DNA of 64,000 bases. Origin: Tubulanus polymorphus. Taxonomy: Eukaryota; Animalia; Nemertea. The notes under the pieces were generated by a model. That model searched no databases. It was not told where the DNA came from and saw only the letters and a program-made list of their open reading frames with translations. The stretch covers positions 18,885,101-18,949,100 of the forward strand of contig NC_134025.1 in NCBI RefSeq assembly GCF_964204645.1. Reading direction: 5' to 3'. Position 1 is the stretch's first letter; every line of letters begins with the position of its first letter. A program made the translations under genes and the position numbers. This document shows positions 34,180 to 47,850 of this stretch, in pieces.

Positions 34180-37100
34180 TGTGATGGAGTGACTATCACC
34201 ACAGAGAGTTGACCAGATCCGAAGGAGTAAAGTCGAAGAGCGTGTTGTATTTTGTGAATCTAAACAGCATCTAACTTTATTACTACAGTATAGGGTTACA
34301 GTATAGTACACATGGCGCGAAACAGCAACTAATCATATAAGAGAGACATCAACGAATCATATAAGAGAACCAACACATGTCGTTCTCGACACTCCGGGGG
34401 CGGCGGTAAGCGCCAAATTTGAAAGTTTACTCCAAGATAACATGTATCGCATTAAATTGAAAGATATTAATAATCACTATACTAAGTAATAGTTTCACGT
34501 ATGAAATTGAATCGCCATAAGGGCTAGAAATAGGGACATTGCGTTGTGTTGAATAAATGAGTACATAAAAAATATTTCATAATAAATGACTATCTATAGA
34601 AAGCAAGTTAACATCGTATCGAATAACATTTAAATTCATCAATCCGCTTTATAGTAATAATAAGTCATTCCCAACACCAAGAGTGATTAAACGATATTTC
34701 AAGTCCTTTCCGGTAAAGAAAAGTTTCGAAGCGAACGCGTTATTTGTTTAAGATCGGAAACGATTAAAGTTCAGAAAACGCGTAAAAACGATAACGTGTT
34801 TGACCTCGCGGCCGACGAAGAATTTAACGTAAACACGCATGCAGAATCACGTGATGTAAACATAGTTGAGTAAAAAGGCAATAATAGCCTACGCATCGGT
34901 TTCATACATATAATCCAGACAGAGTTCAGTCTTTTAATAATTTCGTCCAATTTCTAATCTTTCGCTGAGCGTTGGCTGCGGCCAGCCTGGTCGCACGAGT
35001 TTTCGGTTGATTTGTATCCGTAATCGTACCGGTATCCGATGAATCATCGACAGATTTCGTGTTAATTTCCAGCGGATATAATTTCGATACGGGTCGGTTC
35101 GTACGGCCGGTACTTGTTCGAATATCCGCTGATCGCACAAGTCCATCGGCGCTAACGTTTAATTTCTCGACGAGTGCCATACGCCAGTGTATTCGCTTCT
35201 TGTTGTCCTCGTGCACTAAAACAATGTCGCCAGTTTTTATTTTGTTTTCGAGTTTCCCGTTGAGTTTCGCACGTTCTCTGAGCGCTATCAAGTATTCACG
35301 GCTCCAACGTCGTTTGAATGAACTCAAAAGTTCTTGCAACGTTTGATTACGGCGTTGAATATCAGTATACGAAACGTTAAAGTCCTGATCATTTAGATCA
35401 ATGTCCTCATACGGCAACAGAGTTAATTGGCGACCGCATAACAGTTGTGACGGAGATAACGGAAGAGGCTCGTCTTCCGTACTATACACATACGTGAGAG
35501 GTCGATCGTTGATCGTAGCCTCAATTTCACACAAGAGAGTTCGTAATTCATCGTCCGTGACGATGCTTCTACCGAGAATCTTTCTGAGGCATTCTTTCGT
35601 TACGCCTATCATCCTTTCCCAGAATCCCCCGAACCAAGGGGCTCGTTTGGGAATGAATGTCCATCTGATTCGATTGTTCGCCATATATCTCGCGACGATC
35701 GGCGAATTGACGATTTCTTCTATCTCTACGCAAGATTTTAGAAAGTATGACCCGTTGTCACTGATCAGTTCATGCGGTAACGATCTACGCGAAACGAATC
35801 TCCGGAATGCTCGAATAAACGCGGCAGGTGTCATATTAATGACTGATTCGAGATGGACTGCTCGCGTGATGGCGCATGTAAACAGACAAATGTAACGTTA
35901 ATGCCGCATGTCAGACGTGCCTCTGACCCAAATTTCGCCGGAATAATCTACTCCGGTAACAGTAAAGGGCGGAGCATCCGTAACGCGCGAAACTGGAAGT
36001 GGTGGTGGTATAGGTCTACAGTAGGCGGAGCCTCGTACTATAGCGCACGTAACACATTTCCTGAGAACTGATTTTACGACTTGTCTAATTTTCGGTATCC
36101 AGTATCTTTGCCTGATAGCAGTAACAGTCCCGCCGATTCTTAAATGTTTATCCCTCCTGTGGTAAAACAACACGATCAAACGCGTAATATGGTGATCTGG
36201 TAATAATTCATCCCACGAGACATTCGCTTTCCATAATTCTTGGATGAATATTTTTGATTTGATGTGAACCGGCGATAACAGTCCTAACGGATCATAGAGA
36301 CTCGCCACGCTCCTGACGATTTCGCGCTTCGTAATAATTTCTGGTTCGCTATGCTCGATCGCTTGTTTGTATTTAAGCCTGTCCTGATTGACATCCCACA
36401 GGAGTCCTAGGTTGCTGACAACGTCATGTCTGTTCAATAAGTTGTCTTTACTCGCATTATGTCTCAGGTTTTCGTTGTTACTAGTCCACTCACATAGTTT
36501 AAATCCTGCGTCGGACATCATCCGATTCGCGTTATGGTAATAATCGATCGCTGTCGATTCATCTTTCACCGACGTAACGACGTTGTCTACGTATATGCTC
36601 GATTTCATATCGTTAGCTACCGTGCTCTTATCTTTGTCCAAATGTGATTTTATGACGGCATTGAGAATAAACGGCGAGCACGCTGCTCCGAATAATACAG
36701 ATTTAAATTGATACGTAATGAATTTGCTTTCGGGGTCGTTTGGATCGCTTAGCCAGAAAAATTTCGTGAATTTCCGGTCTGGCTCGGCTAGGCCCACTTG
36801 AAGGAAGGCCTTTTCGATGTCGCTACTAAGTCCAACGTCGCATGTACGAAAGTTCATCAAGATCGAACCAAGATCGTTAAGCAGTAGCGGTCCTTTTTCC
36901 AGGCAGTCATTTAAACTCGGAGACTGACGCGTACGGAAGCTACAATCGTAGACGACGCGAATTGGTGTTGTAGCTGAGTCTTTCTTCATCGAGTGGTGCG
37001 GTATATAATGCCCTTCGGATTCGTTTTCCTCGTGGATCGACTCGATGAATCCACGCGCTATTTGATCTTCGATAATTCGATCATAGATTTTTCGGGTATC

Positions 37101-39481
37101 GTTATTTAGTTTCCTGACCATCGCTCGCGTTCGGTTGGCTGTGTTCAGTCTATTGGTCGGTAATGGAGGGTGTTCCGGCCTCCACGGTAGCTGCGCAACG
37201 TATTGGTTTCCCGCCTTTTCGATACAATCCGTCGCGTAATTTTCAAACGTAAGTTCTTCGTTTATCGGGTGTTTTATCCCGAGTGTTTCGACTCTCCAAA
37301 AGTTTTCGAGTTGGTCTCGTTCATGAGTATCATCGGTGAGGATAAAGTTCGCGTAGTCACAACGGTCGTGACTCGAGTTTTTTAGCGGACCCGAAAGAAG
37401 ATAACCGAGTTTTGACGCAACCGCTGTGGGGCCGTTGCCCCTGACGACTTTGTCCTCAACTAAGGACCAGTAGTAGTCGGATCCAATTAATAGAGCGATT
37501 TCGAACGATTCACGACCGCTTACAGGGTGCGCCAGTTTCAGACCCGATAGATAATGTAAATTACGTGTATCTTTGATGTGATTACTCATAGGTGTCGTAA
37601 TGTTCGATTTTACGAGTGCGCTTATCGGCACGTCTCCAGTTTCGGTTTTAATGGCTAACTTGACCCGGTCGTATTTCCTTTGTTTAGATTTAGTATCTCC
37701 AAAGATCGAAAGATTCAGTATTTCGCTCGACTCCGGTTTCAAGTTTAATTTCACGGCTGTTTCCTCCGTGATCCATGTTCGGGTCGAGCCTTCATCAAAC
37801 AATATGCTGACGGTCTCGGAGTTTTGATGTTTTTCATCAGTAATTTCAGCAACAGCTGTCTTTAAGACGACTGGCGTCGATACGGTGATTGAGTCTTGTG
37901 AATTTAGCACGCCGATGTACATTTGCCTGTCATCGCATCGCGGGTTCTGATCGTTATGACCAGCTGATTGTGGTTTTTTGCCGCATAGAGATGTATGGTG
38001 TTTATCTGAACATACGGAACAGCTATAGCGTGACCTGCAATCTCCGGCTTTGTGATTTTTTCTCAAACAATTTCGGCAGAGATTTTCTCTTTTCACTATA
38101 TCCATCCGTTTTTCCAGAGTGTTATAGATCAGACAATCCCTTGATTTGTGGTCTTTCTTGCAGTAGTTACATTGAATTTTATAATTACGGTCTAGACGGC
38201 TTGTTTGATTTCGTTTTCTGTGATGAATTAATAACGACGTGTCTGTGGTTTCGTCTTCTGAATCGCTGATGAGCACACTTTGAATGGCTTGTCCTGCCAG
38301 ACCCGCTTGAATCTCTTTCTGTAACGCTTTCTTCAATTCAGTTAAATTCCATGCTGAATCACCATGGTCGCGTGTGATCTGAGTTTTAATTCCCGATGGG
38401 AGTTTCTCGAATATGACTGGAATCAGGAGATCCCCATAGCTTTCCTCGGTCTTACCGAGAGATTTTAGACCCCTGATATAGCCTTCCAGTTCATCGTAGA
38501 ACTTTTTCATCTGTTGTACATTTTCGCGTGGTTTTGGCAATTCCCACAATGCCTTCATATAAACGTTGATCAATTTATGAGTTTGTCCGTACCTGTTTTT
38601 CAAAAGTTCAATGGCTTCGACGTAGTTGTTATTGGTCAGTGATAAGCCCTCGACGCATCGGGCCGCTTCTCCGCTGAGTTGCGCACGAAGATACTGGAAT
38701 TTTTGGATGTCGTCTAATCCGGTATCGTTGTGGATAGCTGATTCGAATGCATCTATAAAGCCGATCCATTGTAGTAAATCCCCGCTGAATGTCGGTAAAT
38801 GTAAATTAGGTAGATTGACTTGCCTTGATTTGTTGTTAATCGGTTGATGAGTTGTCGTTGTCGTCGGTTTCGTGTCGTTATTGAACGTTTCAATAAAGAA
38901 TCTATACTTTTGTATTTCGATAATCCGTTCGAATGCGAAATCATCTGCTTCTGCGATAGATGATTGTAGATTTTCATCAGGCGTCAACGAGAGAATTGTT
39001 TGATCTAGTTCTTGTATGAGGTTTAGCTTTGTGACCGCTGATGATATGATTGCTACCAGATCTTGAACTTCGGCTAGGCCTACTTCTGTTGATCCGGATT
39101 GTAGGCTCTGGTAGACCTCTTCTGCACGATTGAGGTATTTAGATAACTGCCCTCGGTGGGCCAACCGAGATGCTGTAGGACGCTTCGTTTGGTCCATTTC
39201 GTTTTGACGCTCAGTTTCGTCATACGCATTTTCCGATGTCGTCGACATAATCCTGGTCACGGCACCAAATGTGATGGAGTGACTATCACCACGGAGAGTT
39301 GACCAGATCCGAAGGAGTAAAGTCGAAGAGCGTGTTGTATTTTGTGAATCTAAACAGCATCTAACTTTATTACTACAGTATAGGGTTACAGTATAGTACA
39401 CATGGCGCGAAACAGCAACCAATCATATAAGAGAGACATCAACGAATCATATAAGAGAACCAACACATGTCGTTCTCGACA
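34180..39481 (-). mobile_element. BEL/Pao LTR retrotransposon nested in Gypsy gag
   Basis: 212-bp LTRs 34180-34391 and 39270-39481; TSD GTCAG; PBS TGGTGCCGTGACC (tRNA-His-like). Confidence 0.95.
34926..39248 (-). pseudogene. BEL/Pao Gag-Pol with RNase H region deleted in frame and an integrase frameshift
   Basis: LPTFSGD gag, triple Cys-His knuckles, LFDEGS protease, DIEKAFLQ/YVDN RT, SDNGS/GGFWER integrase. Confidence 0.9.
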
Positions 39482-39900
39482 GTCAGTGGATAAGTACGTC
39501 TCAGATTTGAGGACGCTGGCCCGAACGTGCGATTTTAGTGATTTAGCTGACTCGTTGATAAAAGACGCTAGTTGTACTGTTAACAAGGTCAATGGGAGCG
39601 ACCAGACGAAGAAGAATTTTAGTGGCGCCAAAACAACCGCTTCTAGGAATTATCGGTCTCGTAATTCCGGCGGGAGAGGAGACCCAATGAACTGTCGTTA
39701 TTGTGGCGCTCAACACCCACGTGATCGCGCATTTTGCTCAGCGTGGGGAAAGACCTGCAACAACTGCGGATTGAGCAATCATTTCGCGTCTGTGTGTAAA
39801 CAACGTAAGGGGCGAAAGGTCGACAGAATCGAGCAATCAGACGACGACTCGGAGTACGAATCGATACAAAACGTATATTCCGATAAGAACTGTGTAAAAA

Positions 39901-42900
39901 ATGACATTTATGCTGAAATGTCAATCGGAGGGCGATCGATCCGTTTTCAAATTGACTCGGGGGGCTTCGGCAAATTTGATTCCGATTAAGTACGTAAAGA
40001 ACATCAAGGAAATTCGGCCTACAACGAAGAAGCTCAAGATGTGGAACAATAGTGTTCTGAACCCCGTTGGTAAAATTAGACTAGCTGTGGTCAACATGCA
40101 TAACAAGAGACGATATTCATTAGAATTTATTGTAGTCAATGAACGATTAACACCCATAATCGGTTCTCAATCTGCACAGTTGATGCAGTTGATAACAGTT
40201 AATAATAATAATAATTTTTTGAGAGTTAATCAAATCGAAAGTCAGTCCCCTGAGGTAAATTCTATTTTATCAGAGTATGAAAATGTTTTTCGGAAAGAAG
40301 TGGGTACACTTCCAGGGGTTGTTCATTTGAACGTAGATCGAAATGCAGTTCCGGCAGTTATGCCTATTAGACGTATACCTCATGCCCTGACGAATAGGGT
40401 AAAATTGAAGATTGAAAGTTTAGTAAACAATGGTGTATTAGCCAGTGTAGACGAACCTACACCGTGGGTAAATTGCCCTGTTATTGCCGAGAAGTCGGGA
40501 GATGTAAGACTGTGTCTAGACCCACAGCAATTAAATAAATATTTAATGAGAGAAAGATACCCCATACCTGTACTGGAAGATATTTTACCTGACATGAAAG
40601 ATGCGAAAGTTTTCAGTAAATTCGATCTTAAGTCGGGGTATTGGCATCTGCGCCTCGACGAAGAATCGAGCTTACTTACTACTTTCAACACTCCATATGG
40701 GAGGTATAGATGGCGCAGGTTGCCATTTGGGCTCAGTGTATCTGGTGAAATATTTCAGAAACATTTAAACCAAGCACTCGAAGGCTTGGAGGGCACCTAC
40801 TGTATCCATGACGATATTATACTTGTAGGAGTAGGGACAACTATTGAACAAGCCATAGCTGATCATAACAAAAAATTAAGGGCTCTTTTGCAAAGATGTA
40901 GAGGAAAACAAATTGCTTTGAACTTGGAAAAATTAGAATTGTTTAAGAAAGGAGTGCCATTTATTGGTCATAAACTAACAGATAACGGCCTAGAGGCGGA
41001 CCAAAGTAAGATTGAAGCTATTTTGAAAATGCCGGCGCCCACTGACGTGGCGGGCATACAGCGTATCAACGGCATGGTAAATTATCTCGCGAAGTTTTTA
41101 CCTAATTTATCAGATGCTTTAGGTCCGCTTAGGAAGTTAACGCGTAAAGATACTGAGTGGTCTTGGGCTCCCGATCAAGAGTCGGCCTTTGCCAAGGTCA
41201 AAGAATTGGTTACGAAAACTCCGGTTTTGGCGTATTATGATCCCAATAAAGAGCTAACATTGCAGTGTGACAGCAGTCAATCTGGTCTGGGCGCGTCCCT
41301 GATGCAGGAAGGACGTCCAATCGCCTATAGTAGCAGAGCATTAACTGACGCTGAAATGCGTTACGCGCAGATCGAAAAAGAAACTCTTGCTATTGTTTAC
41401 GGCTTAGAAAAATTTAATACGTACACATATGGCCGCAAGGTTACAGTTGAAAGTGACCATAAACCTATCGAGGCTATAGTTAAAAAACCTTTGTCGCGCG
41501 CGCCTAAACGTTTGCAGGCTATGTTACTTCGTGTCTATAAATATGATGTCGAGATAAAGTTCACTCCGGGGTCGAAGATGTTCATCGCGGACACCTTGTC
41601 TCGCGCATACCTAGATTCTGGATCGGAGACAGCGGAGTTTGACAGTATCAATATGGTTCGGTATTTGCCAATTAGCGCTGCGCGTTTATCGGAGATTAGA
41701 GATGAAACCGATAAAGATGATACCATGCAGATATTGAAAGAAATTATTTTTTGAGAGGGTGGCCAGATGAGAGAAGTTCAGTGCCTACTGAAGTTACTCC
41801 ATATTTCTCATTTAGAGATGAGTTGTCAATTCAGAACGGTATCATTTATCGCGGGGAACGCGCTGTGATTCCCAAGTCGATGTATAACATTATAAAAGAC
41901 AAAATTCACAGTTCACATCTTGGCATCGAATCCTGTTTACGTCGTACCAGAGAATCGGTCTACTGGCCAGGTATGAACGCCCAGATGCGCGAATATATGT
42001 TGTCGTGTAGTTTATGTCGTGAGCATGACCAGGCCCAGTCCAAAGAGCCTATGCTGATCGAGACTCCCCCAGCTAATCGACCGTGGGAGAAGATCGGTGT
42101 CGACTTATTCAATTTGAAAGGGGAAGATTATCTAATAACAGTAGATTATTTCAGCAATTTTTGGGAGGTAGATCGGTTGGTCAAGTCCACTAAATCGACT
42201 CCTGTCATAGCAAAACTTAAAGCTCATTTCGCGCGATATGGCATTCCGGACATTATCATTTCCGATAATGGACCTCAGTTTGCCTCGAAAGAATTCCGTA
42301 AGTTTATGATTGATTGGGACATTCGGCATCGTCCTATAAACCCGTATGACAGTAAGTCTAATGGACAGGCTGAGTCGGCGGTCAAGACCGCGAAAAGACT
42401 TCTTAAAAAAGCATATGAGGCGAAACGAGACCCCTATCTTGCGATACTCGATTTTAGAAACACGCCCACTCAGGGCTTAAATGTCAGTCCGGTCCAAAGG
42501 TTTATGAACAGAAGAACCAGGACTATGATGCCAACGACGGCTAATCTATTACGGCCGAAAATTAGTTTATCAGACGGGTCCGAAAAAAAACGTAAGCAGG
42601 CCGAATATTTCAACCAATCGGCCAAGAACCTTAAACCGTTAGACGAAGGTGATATTGTTCGCATGAAACCATTTCCGGGGCATGGAACAAACTTAAAGGC
42701 GACGGTCACCGAACGCGTCGGGAATCGCTCTTATCTTGTCGAAACTGGCGACAATAAAACGTACAGGCGCGCAAGACATCATCTCAGAAAGACCAACGAA
42801 ACGATCGTTGAACCGGCTGTAGATTCTGATAATACAGTTGAAAACCGGCCTATATCGGAACCGGTAGCTAACGAGACATCCGTTTCAGATAGTCAAAATT

Positions 42901-42962
42901 TAAGTCGACCTGAAAGGCAACGTAGACCCCCTACCTATTTAACTGATTACGTGTGTAATTAA
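39901..42962 (+). pseudogene. Gypsy Pol (PR-RT-RH-IN) with frameshifts near 39960 and 41750
   Basis: IDSG protease, DLKSGYW, IHDD, CDSSQSGLG, SHLGIE, SDNGPQF. Confidence 0.93.
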
Positions 42963-43615
42963 CTCTGAAGAGAAACAGATATTAATCGCAATCTTGTAAT
43001 GTTGTACTGAATCACATATAATATTATGTATCATTTTAATTAGTTTTAGTAATTAGTTAGCTATATACATGTATGCATCTTTTGAAAGTAGTTTTAGGAA
43101 AAGTTTTTTTCTTTTTATAGGAAAAGGGATGTTACAATATGTATATCTAATTGTATTTTGTACCGCCAGATGGCGCTTGAGAATTACTTCATAAAATGGT
43201 GGTTGCTTAGAATAAACGCGTTCGAATTAATCTCTCTCGTTTTGACTGATTTAATTGATATAGAGGACGACACGAAACATGTCTCACTAGTTACGAAGTA
43301 GAGAAGGCATATTATCATTGTTTAAAGGAACTAGGTAAAAAAAATATCAACGAAAAATAAAGGGGCAACCCAAAAGGGAAGGCAGGGCCCCGGGTCCGCG
43401 GAAGGAATGGCTCGTAGCCTCTATAGTATAATTGCTCATTACAACAGGCTTTTTGTCCAAAGCGTTATTCAACTCGATCTAAGGCCCAAATTTATGCGAT
43501 CTAGCAACTAAAATATATGAAATTACTTACCTTAGATCAAAATAATGTAGATAATGAGTGACAAACTGAAAAACGGCGTGCGGTTCGACGCAAAAGGTAG
43601 AAAGTTTCTAATGTC

Positions 43616-46600
43616 CGATTACGATTACGATTACGATTTATTTACACTCCAACCATTTCCATGGTATATGGAGGAAAACTATTACACATGTACAAATATT
43701 TACAAAACAACACTAAAGTGATTAAAATTTAGAGAATGAAAACGTAACGAAATATATATATACATCAACTATTTACAATACTATATATACTATTATATAC
43801 ATCAACTATTTACAATAATACTATATATACTATTGGAGGGATCTATATACATCTAAGCCGGTCTTAATGAATTTAGCTAAGTTGACCGTTGGGTTTTTCA
43901 GAATATCAAGGGTATTAAAGGTATTCAAATTCAAAAAGTTTATGCGTTGTTCGTTAAGTAAGGTACAGTCAAACAGAAAATGGGATTCGTCACCTAAAGT
44001 ATTACAAGTGGGGCATATTCTATCGGCTCTGTCTAAATGAAGGTTTGAAAATTTGTTCACAGGTAAAATATAGGACCCGACCCTAAATTCAAATAAACTA
44101 GTTCCTAAGTCATCACCAAGTTCTATTTTATACTTCTCTAACCTAATATCATTTTTATATTGCCTAAAGTTAGTGTATATCGGATTAGTATTTATGGCAG
44201 ATACAGTTTCTTGAAGGTGCTGGTCACGGAGTATCTGTTTTATTCGTTTTGAAAAAGATTTACTGTTAGTCATGAATTGCTGCGTCCAAATGCAGGACAA
44301 ACCACAGTCATCAAACGTTTTCTTTATATATGATAACCAAGGGCTCTTAAATTTATCCCTTAAAAATAAATTGAAAGATATTTTATAGAGTATTGAATTA
44401 AGTTTGGTTTGCTTTCCAGATACTGTTTTCACCCAAAAGTTAATCATCCTGCGTCTAACATCTATAATCAAAGGGTAACGTCCTAGCTCTGATAAAACTT
44501 GTAAGTTGCGAGAATATTTCGTCACTTTCATTAAGATTTTACAGAAGAAGCAATGAATATTTTCTAATAAATCAAGATTTTCATATCCCCAGATCTCACA
44601 CCCATACATGGCTATTGGAGCAACACACGTATCAAATAATTTAAACATAACATCTATGGGCAATTTCAAACGTCTGCCTTTTTGAACGATCGAAAACATA
44701 GCTCTGATAGCTTTATCGTAAAGATACTTTTTTGCCTTAGCAAAGTTACCATTCCAATTGAATTTTACTCCGAGATAAACATAATCTTCAACTACCTCTA
44801 ACTCTTGATCACCAAACATAAATTTCGAGATCGTTTTTATCCGGGATTTACTTCGCGCAAATACTAGTACTTTAGTTTTCTCTGAGTTAACAGTGAGACC
44901 ATTAGCCGCGCAATATTCAAATAAGGTATCTAAGTGTAGCTGAAGAGATTTCTCATCCTCAGCAAGAATAACTGTATCATCTGCGTATAGTATTATGAAT
45001 AAATTCAGTAAAGTATCAATATCCTGATCACGATTCAAATTCAAGTCGGTTTTCCACGATCAATGAAAAATTCTTCAATGTCGTTTAAGAATAACGAAAA
45101 GAGGATAGGTGAGAGATTTTCGCCTTGTCTTAAGCCTCTATCAGCTGCAAAGTATTGTGACGTGCAACCATTTAATTCAACACATGATTTTATGGAGTTA
45201 TACATATTTTTGACCACATTGAAAAAGTTTCCATTAACATTGTTAGCAATTAATTTTCGCCATAACTTTACCCTACAAATCGAGTCGAAAGCTTTCTTAA
45301 AATCAACAAAGGCGCAAAAAAGTCTTCTTCCCTGACAAAGATACAGCTCTACGATTGTTTTAAGCGTGTAAATATGATCAATGGTGGAATATTTCGATCT
45401 AAAGCCAGCCTGGGCTTCACTTATAATGTGATTCGTATCTAGAAATGTTGACAATCTTTGATTTAGGATACTTGTAAATAATTTACCAAGACAGCTAACT
45501 AAGGTAATACCTCTATAATTATCAGGATTAGAGGGATCGCCATTCTTTTTGAAAATGGGTTTGATGACGCCTATAGACCACATCTCTGGAACATATCCTG
45601 TTTTAAGAACTAAATTGAATAATTTTTGTAATATATCAACTAAAAACGGATACTGACTAACTCCCAACAGCTCATTCGTGATTCCATCAATGCCTGGGGC
45701 CTTATTGTTTTTGAGTAAAGAGATAGCCTTAATTACCTCATCACTGGTTATATCACTGTTCAAAATATAATTGTCATAGACAGGATGGTCACCCACGTCT
45801 GGGGGCTCATCACCGTCATCGGTTTCATTGTTAACATTATTCAAATTATTTAATCTCATAAAATGTTCAAGAAAAATATCGATATCTATATTAGCCTCAT
45901 TATTTTTTGTTCCACTCGCCGAGTTTAGCATCGACCAATACTTTTTTGGGTTATTAATTTCGCATTCTCTCAATTCCTTAATAAATTCATCCTTTTGTTT
46001 CTTCTTATTTTCTCGGATGACCTTTTTATAGTTTTTAGACGAGTTCTTAAGGGATTCAAAATTGGAAGGGGTAGGGCAACCCCTATATCTTTTTTTCATA
46101 TAATTATATTTCTTCTGTGCATCTCTACAGTCCCTGCCAAACCATCTGTTGCGGACCGGTTTTTTGCAGTTATTACTTTTCCTACTTTTTCTATGGTACA
46201 TCAAATTACACTCATCAGCACTTGATAATAAAGAAGATACAAATCTATCGGTAAGTCCATTAATGTCATCTGGCGATTGATGTCCTAGATCTTGCAACCC
46301 GTCCAACAGTAACTTATCTAAATCATTATCTCGTAATCTTGATTCTACATTCAGGAAAAATTGATTTGATCTAGTACTGACCCACCTAATTGAAGTTTTA
46401 AAGTTCGCGTGTTCATTACCCCTTTCATTATCGCTAGCAATGGTGTCCCTAGAATTCGTATACACGCACAGATTAATAGGATTATGTCCATCAGATAATA
46501 ATGGGTCAAAAGGCATTATTTCAAAGTCCTCAACATAACCAAACAGTTCTAAATCACACACAAAATAATCGATGACACTAGTGTTCCTAAAAGTATAATT

Positions 46601-47850
46601 ACCTGTCTGATCATTGCCACATCTGCCATTGAGGATAATTAGTGAATGGTTCTTACACAAATCTATTAGTTGATAGCCTGTATTATTCTTTCTTTTGTCC
46701 TGATTATTTCTAGTAGTGGGAACGCCTAAATTAATCAATGAGTCAACAATAGGGTCTAAGTTATCATCTTGAATTATCTGATTATCAGGTTCCAAAAAGT
46801 CTGGCATACAAGCGGTGTGAGCATTAAAGTCACCAGAAATTAACACATTGAAATCATACTCAACTTTCAATTGCAATAACTCTATTTCAATTTCTCTGAT
46901 AGCTATTTCTGAATAATAACGACTATTTTCTGGAGGAATATAAATTACACCTAAAAGTACATGTTTGTCGCGATTAAATAAATCTTTATCTAATAAATAC
47001 CAAGATACAAACTGAGAGTCAGTCGAAATTGGTTTTATTTTGTTTTTCATGAACTTCCTATATATGATACCGACGCCACCTGATCCTTTTTTTGAAAATT
47101 TTTTCCTATTTTTAAAGTGCGCCATATGGGAGGCGGGCAAGCTACAACCTAAATTACCGTCTAAATCATCTAAGTGAGTTTCAGTTAGACATGTGATGTC
47201 ATTATTGCTAATAAATTCACAGAATTCTGGGATATCGAGTTTAGCTATAAGGCCACATACATTCAGCGTAGAAAACTTTAATGATGATTTGATACAAGGA
47301 ATTTCACTTATGTTTGCTGCGTTTGCTGTACTAGTTACATTTTGCTTATTTAAATCAGAAGTGTTAATATTTCGCTTATTTACATCAGAAATGAAATTGT
47401 TAGGAGTTACATCAGGTACATGATTGTTACTATTTACATCAGGGTATGTATCTACCGTATGAGAATTTACATGCGAGCCAACGATATCTCTATTTACATT
47501 TGGATAACTGTCACATAAATTTACACTATTTACAAATTCTATAACATAACAACAACTTCGAGATACAAGGACAGTCCGGTCTACGAATTGTACGCAAAGT
47601 CCCTCCGCTGGTTCCTAGTGGCTGTCCATCGGTACGCGGTCACGGTTTTCGCGGATAACGAGTTTGTCCCGTACAAAGAAAGCTTGTTTTCCGTTCGCTT
47701 TCGCGGCTCTCAGCTCGGGTAGCTTTTCGCGTCGTCTCGCCGCCCATTCCTCAGGCACCTGTTCATTCAGTCCTAAAGACGAGCCCGCGAGATTTTTTCG
47801 CAACTGAACGTACCAGTTCACGATCTTTGAAGAACTCGACAGTATCGGTA
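43616..47850 (-). mobile_element. Non-LTR retrotransposon (LINE, RTE-X-like); 5' boundary approximate
   Basis: ORF1 remnant 47615-47821, ORF2, AATAAA then (AATCGT)n tail at 43616-43640. Confidence 0.85.
43830..47290 (-). pseudogene. LINE ORF2 (APE endonuclease, RT, C-terminal Cys motif) with frameshifts
   Basis: LTETH, GDFNAH, IDYF, SDGH; DFKKAFDSI, GLRQGENLSP, YADD; CPTC...DESHFLFDC. Confidence 0.93.

Larger units (their letters stand above)
33818..39989 (+). pseudogene. Gypsy Gag split by the BEL insertion (33818-34179 and 39487-39989)
   Basis: NWKLWKQQW...KKADES|VDKYVSDLRTLARTCDF rejoins; CRYCG..H and CNNCGLSNHFASVC knuckles. Confidence 0.85.
33570..43279 (+). mobile_element. Ty3/Gypsy LTR retrotransposon (Mag-like), interrupted by BEL/Pao
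   Basis: 150-bp LTRs 33570-33719 and 43130-43279; 5-bp TSD TGTCT; PBS TGGTGGCAGCGGT (tRNA-Leu-like); PPT GGAAAAGGGA. Confidence 0.95.

Noticed and set aside
39249-39481. N-terminal extensions of ORFs 35898-39422 and 39402-39989
   Set aside because: They run through the BEL LTR/PBS and are incidental open frames
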